A DNA stretch of 64,000 nt from Bacteroidetes bacterium GWA2_40_15 (GCA_001768195.1 MENI01000112.1:80261-144260); one strand, 5' to 3'; shown: positions 20,601 through 30,400, counted from the stretch's first letter. A program made the numbers and translations. The notes: generated by a model not told the origin, from the sequence alone.

Positions 20601-20716
20601 CGGCCATCTGGCTGGTTACATTTTTGCTTTACGGGGCTCTGTATTTTAAATTGTTGCAGAAGTTTATTACTATATTTGGGAATATACGGATGAGGCGATC
20701 TGAACAGAACAGTTGA
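17612..20716 (+). CDS. ABCG-type (NBD-then-ABC-2 TMD) transporter with an N-terminal TerB-like domain and a beta-rich linker
   Basis: 1034 aa. Walker A GGSGVGKST, signature ISGGQRKRV, Walker B ILFVDEPTSGLS, then about 6 TM helices, a long coiled-coil tail and a final TM helix. The first 150 aa or so look like two TerB-like helical repeats. Confidence 0.85.
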   Translation: MSEPILRALMQLFALIGDIHDDTIITAREKDIVRLFLSRHLNNELVSKYMSMFEEYLTKFNSESIIKGSIQDRKRTSLNAVRILAICEQINKELRQKQKIYVLVQLTDFISLGAEISENELDFLFTVAKAFNIHEDEYLDIKSFIMNPLNEFHNISRILIIDNRKLPVDEEIKHVWDPNLKGMILFLFIKSTNTYIMRYSGSEDLYLNGQNITAGQTYIFDTGSSIRGAGINTVYFTEIAGIISEEWYDSKVLLDAINVTYEFRNSDKGIHNLDVHEESGKLVGIIGGSGVGKSTTLSVLSGSQKPDKGEVRINGYDLYDENDKENLSGVIGFVPQDDLLIEELTVYQNLYYNARLCLNDLPDDKLRSVVDRSAADLDLEETRDLKVGNPLNKVISGGQRKRVNIALELIREPTILFVDEPTSGLSSVDSEIVMNLLKELTYKGKLVIVNIHQPGSDIYKMFDTIIIIDKGGYQIFCGNPTEAIIYFKTLSNHANPLEDQCITCGNVNADQILQIVEAKIIDEHGRPTAIRKVTPEEWAKKYRKGVIGTALRIPDGKQKLPANKYNIPGLLNQSVIFFIRDFLSKIADKQYILITLMGSPVLAFLLAWFTKYDDGQEYKFSTNANIPAYIFMCVITSLFFGLMVASEEIVKDRKILKRESFLNLSWFSYLNSKIMMMFLISAIQTISFILIGNFILEIRGMTLIYWLVLFTTSCSANMLGLNISSAFNSVITIYIIIPFIIIPQLLFSGVMVKFDQLHKGRYASHEYVPVIGDFMTARWAFEAIAVKQFKDNEFEKHFYRSHVIKSQNMYNAILIDELSKELWRISHLFDATGILIDDKFKKEILEEKLQKLNYHIDELTTRSGIPPGPWLSLMNEKQFNNEISRDALIFLDSLKRYFLNLWSDGNLIEKTVTDSIQRAIGPEEFSRLRDKYQNERLEFLALDQDNLRKTVHTENKIVQKMDPGFMKTTSRAGRSHFYAPSKIIFNKEIDTYIFNLSAIWLVTFLLYGALYFKLLQKFITIFGNIRMRRSEQNS

Positions 20717-20792
20717 TAATCAGTTCTGTGTTCCTTTCCCGAGATCCTGATAACTTCCGGGATCATGAGATATGTAATTAAAAAGAGAAATT

Positions 20793-21911
20793 ATGATTGG
20801 ATTTATGGTTTATATCTTCATTCTGGCAGAGATACTTTTTGCATACCCGGTTGAAAGCTTTTCAGACCGGTCCCCACTAAAAGATTCCGGGACGATTGAG
20901 ATTCGCGGGATCTATGGCAGTCCCGATCCATTCTGGAACAGGAATATCAGTCTAAATCAGCTCAATGTTAATGCAATATTCCTGAACTGGCATTATATTA
21001 ATCCAGAACTTATGGAAAGGGTAAAGGAGGAGGGAGTGAAAGTCTTTGCCGAATTTCCGGTGCTCAACGGTAAAGGGTATGTTGATAAGCACCCGGAAGC
21101 CTGGGCAATTGATCGCTACGGGAAGAAAGTGGAACCGGCATCTTGGTTCATGGGAGTTTGCCCTACAGAACCCGGATTCAGACAATACAGGATGACCGAG
21201 CTGATTGAACTGCTAAAGAGATTTGATCTCAGTGGCATCTTCATGGATTATATGCACTGGCATGCCCAGTTCGAAGAGCCTGAACCGATACTTCCCGAAA
21301 CATGTTTCTGCCGGAATTGTATAAGCACTTTTGAGTCTTATGCAGGTTTAAGTGTACCGGACAACAGCACTGTGGAGCAGGCAGCCTGGATCCTGTCAAA
21401 GCACGATAAAATATGGAGAGAATGGCGATGTTCTGTAATAGCAGGCTGGGTGAAAGATACCAGGACCATCCTTAAGAAGGAGAATCCTGAAGCTCTTCTG
21501 GGGATATATCACTGTCCATGGAATGATGAGGAGTTTTACGGAGCCAGGTACAGGATACTTGGACTCGATTATGATATGCTTAAAGGATTAACAGATGTAT
21601 TCTCACCAATGGTCTATCATGGACGGATGGGGAGAGAGCCTGAATGGGTAAAACAAAACATAGAATGGTTTTCAGGTAAGCTGGGAATAAAGCCTGGTTC
21701 GTATCCCAAAATATGGACGATTGTTCAGGCTTACGACGAACCCCGAAAGATCGGGGCGGAAGAGTTTGAGAAAGTTATGCGTTATGGGGCAGCCGGCGGG
21801 TCCACAGGAGTGATGATGTTTACCACGAATGCTGTGGCCGAAAGTCCTGATAAGACTGAGACCCTGAAGCGAATCTATTCTGAGTGGCTAAAAGATAATA
21901 ACACATATTAA
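20793..21911 (+). CDS. exported glycoside-hydrolase-like TIM-barrel protein (GHL-type), function unknown
   Basis: 372 aa. N-terminal hydrophobic signal/anchor and an (alpha/beta)8-like pattern with GIFMDYMHW. The family call is tentative. Confidence 0.45.
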   Translation: MIGFMVYIFILAEILFAYPVESFSDRSPLKDSGTIEIRGIYGSPDPFWNRNISLNQLNVNAIFLNWHYINPELMERVKEEGVKVFAEFPVLNGKGYVDKHPEAWAIDRYGKKVEPASWFMGVCPTEPGFRQYRMTELIELLKRFDLSGIFMDYMHWHAQFEEPEPILPETCFCRNCISTFESYAGLSVPDNSTVEQAAWILSKHDKIWREWRCSVIAGWVKDTRTILKKENPEALLGIYHCPWNDEEFYGARYRILGLDYDMLKGLTDVFSPMVYHGRMGREPEWVKQNIEWFSGKLGIKPGSYPKIWTIVQAYDEPRKIGAEEFEKVMRYGAAGGSTGVMMFTTNAVAESPDKTETLKRIYSEWLKDNNTY

Positions 21912-21969
21912 GCTGAACCATATGAATATTCAAATTCACCTCAGTCATTTACTTTAAAAATACATTTCC

Positions 21970-23124
21970 ATGAAGGACAATCGCCGTAACTTTATTAAAA
22001 AAAGTGCTGCCATGGCAGCAGCAGTTTCAGTAACAGGTTTAAGCGCCTGCACAGGATCGGGAAACAAAGGTCCGAAAGATAAAACAACTGAAGCGTCAGC
22101 AGACAGCCCATCCTCAAAGGTTCAGTGGCCTGTTGTATTCGGACCTGACAAACCAAAGATCTGTGTTGGTATTGGTACAGGAGATACCAAAATGATGAGG
22201 CAATACAAACAGGTTGGAGTGGATTATGTGCTCATGGGAGGTCCTAAAGTACCATGGACAGAACAAAGCCTTCGTGAAATAATGGATCCATTTAAGGCTG
22301 AAGGCCTGACGGTTATAAATATGATGATAGGTGGCAATCAGAATATAATATACGGACGCGAAGGACGCGATCAGGAGCTCAGAAACATTCAGGATTCAGT
22401 TGTGGCTGCAGGTAAAGCCGGACTTCCTGTAGTTGAATACAATTTCTATGCGCACCGGTTTATGGCAGGATACTACGAAGTCCTGGCCCGTGGCGGATCA
22501 GGGACAACTGCATTTGACTATGAGCGTGGTAAAAACCTTCCTTCGGATGAAGGAACATTAATGACCGCAGAAGCCCTGTGGAATAATATTACCTGGTTCC
22601 TTAAAGCTGTCGTCCCTGTTGCAGAGAAAGCAGGTGTGCGACTTGCTCTGCACCCGAATGATCCTCCTGTACCTGTTTCATACGGACATGCACAGATCAT
22701 GGCTACATTCAATGACTGGAAAAGACTGATTGAAATTGTCGACAGCCCGTCAAACGGAATGACATACGATTGTGGTGTTTCCAAGGAGATGGGAGAAGAC
22801 CCTCTGGAAGTGCTTCGCTATTTAGGTTCACGCGACCGTATCAACCATATGCACTATCGCAATGTCACTGTGCAGCAGCCTTATTTAAAGTATGAAGAGG
22901 TATTCTTTGACGAAGGTGAAGTAAATATGTTTGCTGTAATGAAGGAGGTCTTCAGTATCGGCTATAAGCTTGGAATTTATCCTGAACATGCAAGAGCTAT
23001 TGATTATGACAAGGAACATCCCGGGGGCATTCGTAACCAGTATCCGGGAGGTGGAGGTTATGCAGGCCAGGTATATAATGTCGCCTATACCAAAGCCATG
23101 ATGCAGGCAGTAGCATCGATGTAG
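21970..23124 (+). CDS. Tat-exported mannonate-dehydratase (UxuA)-family protein
   Basis: 384 aa. Tat signal NRRNFIKKSAAMAAAVSVTGLSAC. UxuA-like motifs LALHPNDPPVP, INHMHYRNV, FDEGEVNMFAVMKEV and YPEHA. Confidence 0.7.
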   Translation: MKDNRRNFIKKSAAMAAAVSVTGLSACTGSGNKGPKDKTTEASADSPSSKVQWPVVFGPDKPKICVGIGTGDTKMMRQYKQVGVDYVLMGGPKVPWTEQSLREIMDPFKAEGLTVINMMIGGNQNIIYGREGRDQELRNIQDSVVAAGKAGLPVVEYNFYAHRFMAGYYEVLARGGSGTTAFDYERGKNLPSDEGTLMTAEALWNNITWFLKAVVPVAEKAGVRLALHPNDPPVPVSYGHAQIMATFNDWKRLIEIVDSPSNGMTYDCGVSKEMGEDPLEVLRYLGSRDRINHMHYRNVTVQQPYLKYEEVFFDEGEVNMFAVMKEVFSIGYKLGIYPEHARAIDYDKEHPGGIRNQYPGGGGYAGQVYNVAYTKAMMQAVASM

Positions 23125-23158
23125 ACTAACCACGGACTCCAGTCCGGGGACTGCTCCC

Positions 23159-24247
23159 ATGATGAATCTAAGTAACCTCACCAGGAACTTCCTCCAGTTC
23201 ATGAAACTTGCCTGGAAGATGTACCATGCCAATAACACCTTTGGCAGTTACCACAGGTATGTAAAGCGGGTGGCAGGGGATACAATCCGTCAATCGCTGA
23301 TGCTTAATGATGAAAGTATACCAGAGAGGATATACAAAAAAATCCAGTGGTATATGGTTGAAGCAGTTTTTATAGGTGAGATGCTTGCCCGAATGGCAGA
23401 TAATTCAATAAGCAAAAGGGATAAAGAAAGCCTGATATATCTTGGTGCCATAATGGCTTTGTTTGATGTTATCGTTGATGATATCAGGTTGAAGCGGGAT
23501 ATTGTAAATGAGATACTTGAACATACTTTTTCAACTACCGGAAGTAAACCTCCTGCCGGAGACAGCGCTATCGTAAGAGTATACTTCCTTTATGTCGATA
23601 AGCTTATAGCTACAATTGATAAGGAACAGTGGCGGGAGATATCAGGACATCTCAATATTATCAGGCTTCAGATGAAGAGCGATGAGCAACTCATGAATAG
23701 CATAACAGAGGAGAGTGTTAATTCAATTACACTGGGAAAGGGAGGAGTAGCCACGCTGATCTGTTCTGTTTTCCTTCAGCAGAAAAGTGAATCTTTCAGG
23801 GAAGCAGTATTTGAACTCGGAGGTTTTATCCAGATGATGAATGACTGTCAGGATCTGCACAAGGATACTGTTGCCGGTATTAAAACGTTTGTGCATTTCA
23901 GCAAAGATTTCAGTGAGATATTTAATAAACTGGATGAAAAGCGCATGAAAACCTTTCATCTGATACAATCGCTTGATTACTCGTATAAAGGACGCAAAGA
24001 GACTTTATTTGATCTGAATGCAATGTTTATTGTTATTTCATATAAGTTGCAGAGGTATGCTGAGAATAGTAATTATAGTCTTGATTTTAAGTTCATTGCC
24101 GATATGAACAAAGAAGATTTCAGGATTAATCCTTTTTCACCTGCAGCTGTTTCAGCCTGCCTCGGAAAAATACTGAGATTTAATTTTGAAAATTGTGAAC
24201 TGACACCTGATTTTAAATTTGAACAGGCAGACCGCAGTAAAAGATAA
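23159..24247 (+). CDS. hypothetical protein with class-I isoprenoid-synthase-like Asp-rich motifs
   Basis: 362 aa, all-helical by composition and no signal peptide. FDVIVDDIRLKRD and GGFIQMMNDCQDLHKDTVAGIKTF resemble the first and second Asp-rich motifs of polyprenyl synthases. Confidence 0.4.
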   Translation: MMNLSNLTRNFLQFMKLAWKMYHANNTFGSYHRYVKRVAGDTIRQSLMLNDESIPERIYKKIQWYMVEAVFIGEMLARMADNSISKRDKESLIYLGAIMALFDVIVDDIRLKRDIVNEILEHTFSTTGSKPPAGDSAIVRVYFLYVDKLIATIDKEQWREISGHLNIIRLQMKSDEQLMNSITEESVNSITLGKGGVATLICSVFLQQKSESFREAVFELGGFIQMMNDCQDLHKDTVAGIKTFVHFSKDFSEIFNKLDEKRMKTFHLIQSLDYSYKGRKETLFDLNAMFIVISYKLQRYAENSNYSLDFKFIADMNKEDFRINPFSPAAVSACLGKILRFNFENCELTPDFKFEQADRSKR

Positions 24248-24288
24248 TATTGCTTAACTTGAGGTTGGATAACCTTAAAATCTATATT

Positions 24289-25782
24289 ATGAAAAACAAA
24301 CTAAAACTATTAAAAGGTGCTGTTTCAGGAGACAATCGTCGTGAATTCCTCAAGAAAGCCGGAGTCCTTTTTGGAGGAATCTCGGTGGCTTCTTATATGA
24401 CATCTCCTGTTGAAGAGCTTATAGCTGAAACGACATCCGGGGTCAAACGATCGTCAAATCCATCTGATCTGAAGATTACCGATATGCGTTATTGCGTGCT
24501 GCAGCTGGCAGAAGATGGTTCGCGCAACACAATAATACGAATCGATACCAACCAGGGAATTTATGGTCTTGGCGAGGTAAGGGATGCAGCAGATGTACGC
24601 TATGCCCTTTTTCTGAAGAGTCGTATTCTCGGTGAAAATCCATGTAATGTTGAAATGCTTTTCAAGACCATCAAACAGTTTGGTTTTCATGGACGTCAGG
24701 GTGGCGGAGTGAGCGCAGTTGAAATGGCTCTCTGGGATCTGGCCGGAAAGGCATTCGGTGTTCCTTGCTGGATGCTGCTTGGCGGAAGATACAGGAACAA
24801 AGTGAGGCTGTATTCCTATATCCCTGTTCATAACTGGGCGAATATGGATGAAGCAAAATTCAGGGAGGATGTAAATCAGCGCATTAACCTGCAGGGGTAT
24901 ACATGGCTCAAGTTTTATCCCAGCCTGGAGACAATCGGGCATATTCCCGGGATTACCGTAAACTCAAAATACTGGGCCGAACCAAAATTTACGGAAATCA
25001 CTTCCTACAATAAGACAAAGCAGCCTTTTACACAACTTCAGATTACGGATAAAGGACTTGATGAACTGGCAAGATATGTAGATTTTATAAGAAGTGTTGT
25101 GGGGTATGAGGTGCCTCTTTCTGCCGATGGATTTGGAAATTATGATATTAACAATTGTATAAGCGTGGGTCGTAAGCTGTTCCCTTACCGTCTTGCCTGG
25201 CTCGAGGATATGCTTTCATGGGAAATGACCGACCAGATGAAAGTTCTTACAGAAGCCCTCGAAACTCCGGTTCTCACCGGTGAAGATATTTACCTTAAGG
25301 AAGAATTCATTAAGCTCTGCGACAACCATGTTGTTGATATTATTCATCCCGATCTGCATACCTCAGGAGGTATCCTCGAGACTAAGAAAATAGGCGATTA
25401 TGCAGAGGAAAAGGGTATAGCCATGGCTATGCACTGTTCAAGTACTCCCGTCGGATTCATGGCCAGCGCCCATTGCGCGGCAGCAACACAAAACTTTCTT
25501 GCTCTTGAGATGACAACACAGGCAGTGGATAATGCATGGTGGCATAATCTTGTTAAGACCACCGATGGCAGAAAGCTTGTAGAGTCGGGGTATGCAAATG
25601 TCTCCGATACTGCTCCCGGACTGGGAATTGAGCTGAATGAAGATGAAATCAAGAAACATCTGTTTCCCGGCGATAATAGCTATTTTGCTCCTACTTCTGA
25701 ATGGAATGAAAGACGATCAGAGGATCACCTGTGGAGCGGGCGGTTTACTATTGGACAACCAACAGGAATTGTACCAAAATGA
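24289..25782 (+). CDS. Tat-exported enolase-superfamily enzyme (mandelate racemase / sugar-acid dehydratase type)
   Basis: I place the start at ATG 24289, because the track's 24250 start is a TTG overlapping the upstream stop region. Tat signal NRREFLKKAGVLFGG. Motifs IIRIDTNQGIYGLGEV and AVEMALWDLAGKAFGVPCWMLLGG. Confidence 0.85.
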   Translation: MKNKLKLLKGAVSGDNRREFLKKAGVLFGGISVASYMTSPVEELIAETTSGVKRSSNPSDLKITDMRYCVLQLAEDGSRNTIIRIDTNQGIYGLGEVRDAADVRYALFLKSRILGENPCNVEMLFKTIKQFGFHGRQGGGVSAVEMALWDLAGKAFGVPCWMLLGGRYRNKVRLYSYIPVHNWANMDEAKFREDVNQRINLQGYTWLKFYPSLETIGHIPGITVNSKYWAEPKFTEITSYNKTKQPFTQLQITDKGLDELARYVDFIRSVVGYEVPLSADGFGNYDINNCISVGRKLFPYRLAWLEDMLSWEMTDQMKVLTEALETPVLTGEDIYLKEEFIKLCDNHVVDIIHPDLHTSGGILETKKIGDYAEEKGIAMAMHCSSTPVGFMASAHCAAATQNFLALEMTTQAVDNAWWHNLVKTTDGRKLVESGYANVSDTAPGLGIELNEDEIKKHLFPGDNSYFAPTSEWNERRSEDHLWSGRFTIGQPTGIVPK

Positions 25783-25816
25783 ACTATCTTTATTAAAACC
25801 AAATAATATCTGTATC

Positions 25817-26818
25817 ATGAAACGTAAAGAATTTCTTCAAAAGGGCCTGGCCACTGGAACAATAATAGGCTCTTCCTCATGGGTAGCAGGTTCAGACGAT
25901 AGTTTGCAAAAAACTCAGGATAAAAGAGTACCGAGAGGATATGATGTAGATTATGAGGAGGTTAAGATTGAAAGGCCGGTTCCGGGGAAACCTCATAAAG
26001 GAAAGGTCCTCCTGGCCATACAGCCTCATTCAGATGATATCCCTCTTTCGGCAGGCGGTTTGGTGGCAAAACTAATTGACGAAGGTTATACGGGGTACCT
26101 GTGCTCGGTAACTGATGATGCAAGGGGCGAGGGAAAATATGAGCAGAACAGGATCGACAACCAGAAGATAGCTGATTTCTATGGCATGAAAGGATCGTTT
26201 GAATTGCTTATGCCGCATCACCAGCTCGACAGCATAGGAATACAGGATCTTAAGCAAAGGTTCATTTTCCTCATAAGAGCCCTTAAAGTAGATACTATTG
26301 TTTGCATGGATCCATGGGGTCATTATGAAGAAAACCCCGATCATTATGTAACCGGTCTGGCTGTGGAAGCTGCCAGGTGGATTGCAGGGGCAAATGATTA
26401 TCCGGAACATTTTGCTTTCGGAATAGGCCCATATACTCCTAAAGAAAGGTACTATTATTCAAGGGCGGGAGAGACTAACAATCTGATCGTTGATATCAGC
26501 AAATATATTGACAGGAAGATCGAGGTGAACCTTTTAAATATTGCAAAAGGCCCTGCCGGTAACAATGGAGTCAAACTCAGAGAGAGGTTGGCAAAAGATG
26601 GAAAGAAGCTTACAATACTCGAAGGGGATGACTATACAGCCAACTTCAACTATGCAAAAACTTTTGTATTCACTGACAACAAGAGGCTGGGTGAAAAGTA
26701 TGGTCTGGAATGGGCTGAGGGATACCATTATATGACAGAGATCCCTTTTGATAATCATGTGCCAGATCCAAATTCTCCTGTTGAGGAATATATCAGGAAA
26801 AATGCAGTGCCTAAGTAA
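25817..26818 (+). CDS. PIG-L/LmbE-family deacetylase with a Tat-like signal
   Basis: Start moved to ATG 25817, because the track ORF starts inside the previous gene. N-terminus MKRKEFLQKGLATGTIIGSSSWVAGS. Family motif LAIQPHSDDIPLSAGG. Confidence 0.75.
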   Translation: MKRKEFLQKGLATGTIIGSSSWVAGSDDSLQKTQDKRVPRGYDVDYEEVKIERPVPGKPHKGKVLLAIQPHSDDIPLSAGGLVAKLIDEGYTGYLCSVTDDARGEGKYEQNRIDNQKIADFYGMKGSFELLMPHHQLDSIGIQDLKQRFIFLIRALKVDTIVCMDPWGHYEENPDHYVTGLAVEAARWIAGANDYPEHFAFGIGPYTPKERYYYSRAGETNNLIVDISKYIDRKIEVNLLNIAKGPAGNNGVKLRERLAKDGKKLTILEGDDYTANFNYAKTFVFTDNKRLGEKYGLEWAEGYHYMTEIPFDNHVPDPNSPVEEYIRKNAVPK

Positions 26819-26882
26819 GAAGGTAAAAGGCAAAAGGTAAAAGGCAAAAGGCAAAAGGCAAAAGGCAAAAAGGGAAGGCAAG
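26819..26882. repeat. heptanucleotide tandem repeat (YAAAAGG), six clean units plus degenerate ends
   Basis: gaagg taaaagg caaaagg taaaagg caaaagg caaaagg caaaagg caaaaaggg aaggcaag. It starts 1 nt after the TAA stop at 26816-26818 and ends 37 nt before the next ATG. Confidence 0.9.
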
Positions 26883-26919
26883 TTGATAGATTATAAAGTA
26901 ACTGGTAGTTAAAATCAGA

Positions 26920-27315
26920 ATGAAGAAATTATTGTTTTTAGCATTGATCGGCTTGAATATTTCCTGCAGTCTATTCAGGCGTTTATCTGAATCTGAGGCA
27001 GAGGGCAGTCTTGTTACTACACGGAAATTTGCCGGTGTTTTTATTGAATACCGTTACACAGTTACAGAAGATTTACCGAAAGTTGATGTTGTTTGGATCA
27101 AAACGACTCTGGAGAACAGGTATGGCAAGATATGTGCTCTCAGCAAGAGTTGTGAATTCAATCCGGGTGACAGGTTGTATCTTACAAGGAAATTTTACAG
27201 CCCTGGCATGACAGGTGGTAAATGGGAGTATTTTATTGAGAATGACTCTTCAATAATTTATAAATTAACTGAATATCAGAGTGATCGTAAAGTATTTACA
27301 GAAACCTGGTATTGA
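26920..27315 (+). CDS. hypothetical lipoprotein
   Basis: 131 aa. Lipobox LNISCS. No family recognised. Confidence 0.5.
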   Translation: MKKLLFLALIGLNISCSLFRRLSESEAEGSLVTTRKFAGVFIEYRYTVTEDLPKVDVVWIKTTLENRYGKICALSKSCEFNPGDRLYLTRKFYSPGMTGGKWEYFIENDSSIIYKLTEYQSDRKVFTETWY

Positions 27316-27475
27316 AAAACGAGGAAAGCCCAGGTCTTTTGTATGAACCAAAGGCTTTCACTCTACTAATTTTGGATTGACTAGATCCGCGCCAAATATA
27401 AAAATTATTGTTATTCAAATAACAATATGGAAATAAATAGCATCTTTTTTTAACAAAAAAGCACTTCCGGATTCA

Positions 27476-30400
27476 TTACCACCTGAAAAACCGATACGGA
27501 TCATCCCATTCTTCCGGTTCATCCAGGTATAAACCGCTTAGCCAGCGTTTTTCATTTTTATCTTTATCAACAGGACTATTGAGCCGGGAGAGAAAATCAG
27601 TGGATGAGTGTATGCCCAGGTTTCCCAGTAAGCGGTTAACCAGAAATGAAGAACGGCGAAAGGTCTGTTTTACATTGTGCTGCTGATTACTATAATCAAA
27701 ATGCCATGGAACAAGCTGGCAAAAAACAGCATTCGCCTCTTCTGCTTTTGCAAGTACTCCGTTTCCGATTATTGAGGCGCCTGATGAAACAAGAGATATT
27801 TCCCTGGGTGAACGGTTATGCACATCAGCCGGGCCGATTCCGGCAAAGGGAGACTTTGTGTCAAATGGTCCGAAGGAAGCAGCAATATGTTCTTCTTTTT
27901 TCATAACAATTCCCGGAAACAATAAACTTATTTCCGGCTGGTCAATACCAATGGTCATCAAACGGCCCCCTGCTTTGATAAACTTGCCGATAGACTTATT
28001 ATTTTCAGTCAGTTGCTGCGTGCTGCCTGGTCCAACGATCAGTACCTGATCAGGCAATATTTTTCCTCCTTTGAATTCAGTTATTTTTATGGAAGCTTTT
28101 TCAAGATAAGCTTTACCGGTCTGCTCGCCGGTATAAAGTGCCTTCAAGTTTGGTGAGGGACTCCATGCTGATATATATGATATAATATTCCAGGTCAGCC
28201 GATCAGCAGCCGGATCTGTTTCGGTACGGCCTGTTACATCCATCTGACAGAATATTACAAGGCCTTTACCTTCACGATACTCCATCAACGGACTGTACTG
28301 AAGGCTGTAACCTCCGTCAATTAAGGGAAGAAAATTACTGCAGGCCGGTTTTTCGACCAGTACGCTGGCTACATTTCCACGATTACCGCATCGCCATGCT
28401 CTGGTAACCGGAATATCGCACCACTTGAATTCAGGAGCTCCGGAGAGCCTTCCGGGCAGAATTGTTGCCTCTCCATGCCAGTCATGCAGCTGGTCCTCAG
28501 TGAGGCCCTCAAGAGCCGGATGGTCGGAAATGCGTCTGAATACCTGGCGCAATCCATATTCCTGTACTCGAAAACCGAAGCGTTGTTCAAGCACTTCAGA
28601 AGTCTGTTCAAACACTATTACCTTCAATCCATTGCGAACAGCAGTACCATCAAATCCGGGGCCATCTGCTTTTAACGCTCCCTTTCCTATAATTAATATC
28701 TCAGTATCACTCAGACCAGTCAGGTTTTCAACCGATTTATACCCGATTCCAAATCTGTTCAGAAGTAGAGATGTGTCGCCTATTGGATCGAACAAGGCTA
28801 TTCCGGAGGTGATTTTAATCTGACTTCTTTCAGGCAGAACATTTATTTCAAAGCTATCGGTGAGTGATTTACTTTTACCTGCCAGAAAGACAGCTTTTAT
28901 CTCATACTTACCAGGATTAAGGTTTTTGGGAAGATCAAAATTAAGCAGAATACGTTCCTGCATTCCTGTGGAAAGATTAATAGTCAGTCTTCCTGTTATT
29001 GGCTGAGACAGGTTTAGAACCCAGTTGCAATCACATTGAATTTTTTCGCGGGAATTGTTAATTATTATCAGTTGTTTTTCAAATGACTGGCCCTGAAGGA
29101 AGTTATGAGACTTGTCAGTAAAAGCTTCCGCTTTGCCTCCGATATATGCCGTAAGAGGACCATGGTTATCAGTTATGGCTTTAGCAGCTACAGTTGCTTC
29201 CCAGTCTGACATTTCATATCCCATATCCATTCGTTCCCGCTGCTGGTTTACAATGTCAGGGCTTAATCCCGGTCTCTGCAGGTTTTCCCAGTCGGTTTTG
29301 AAAGATTTTGGTCCTTTTTTCACATTCTTCAGCAACCTCCAGTATATTGTATAGTGCCACATGGCATTAACTGCCGATACTCCCCATGTTCGAAATGCGC
29401 GCCAGTTCGATGCAAAGTGTTTCGCAAATACCTGGTTACGTTCATCGAGGAGAACAGAGTCGAAAGAGAAGGGATATTCTGATCGTCCCCATATTTCTCC
29501 TGCTCTGAATTTTTCAGCTTCCCACCGGAGATTGGCTTTTTCATATTCACTTATCTTATAGACATAATCTCCGATAAATTGCGCATTCCATTCAGCGAGA
29601 CAGAATTCCCATGGTACTTTTGCACTGCCAAAATCCCTTACCCCTTTATACCAGCCTCGGTATACTCCGTAATCCCATGTAAAAGGTGTTGAAAATTCTA
29701 CTAGCATGGCAGGTTTTTCACCCTTTGTGGCCCAGTGTCCGAACCATTCATTCATCTCCTGTATTGGTACCCAGTTAGCATAAAAATTGCATACATACAT
29801 TGAGCCCAGGTTCCCGGAATGGTGATGATATACAATCCGGAACGGATCAAGATTCCGGATGATAGCTTCAGCGCGCAGAGCCTTTGCAACATTATTGAGC
29901 GACCATTGGGAATCATCCCTGGTGTGTCCGTCTATCAGGTCCGGATTCATGTCCTGGCTATATCCCGTAGCATTATGGCTGGTGGAATAAAACACCACCG
30001 AGGGGTGATTCCGGGCCACATTAGTGTAGAAAGCAGCATGGTGGGCATAACCGTTGTTCACATCTGCATCGGGTTTATCCCATTCATACTGTGAAAAATG
30101 GGGTTGTGACAATGCGATCAGCATCCCTGTATCATCAGCAGCTCTCAGAATTTCGGCAAAACTGACGTGAGTTCCCGGTTCACAGCCATAATTGTGAGTG
30201 TAAACAAAGTTAATGCCGGAGTTCTTAAGCCGTTTAAGACTCTCTCTGGCACCGTCATAGTTTGCGAAAGCAGCCCCATATTGTGCATTATCCAGGGGAA
30301 TGCAGGATAACCAGATCCGACTTCCATTCAGATAAAAATCGCGGCCGTCGATCCGGAACTCACGGTATCCGAACCGGACCGGAATTGCAACATCCAGCTC

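Noticed and set aside
26534-26881. 115-aa ORF beginning MPSLFAFCLLPFAFYLLPFTF
   Set aside because: Its N-terminus is simply the translation of the heptad tandem repeat, and the rest is antisense to the PIG-L gene.
26819-26882. Possible CRISPR array. The same question applies to the other tandem repeats at 43513, 50564 and 63055-63143.
   Set aside because: The units are 7-14 nt with no spacers, and there are no cas genes. These are simple tandem repeats, not CRISPRs.
27404-27428. AT-only hairpin attgttatt / aataacaat between convergent genes, as a terminator
   Set aside because: The loop is only 2 nt, the stem has no GC pairs, and there is no clear U tract. It is too weak to call.
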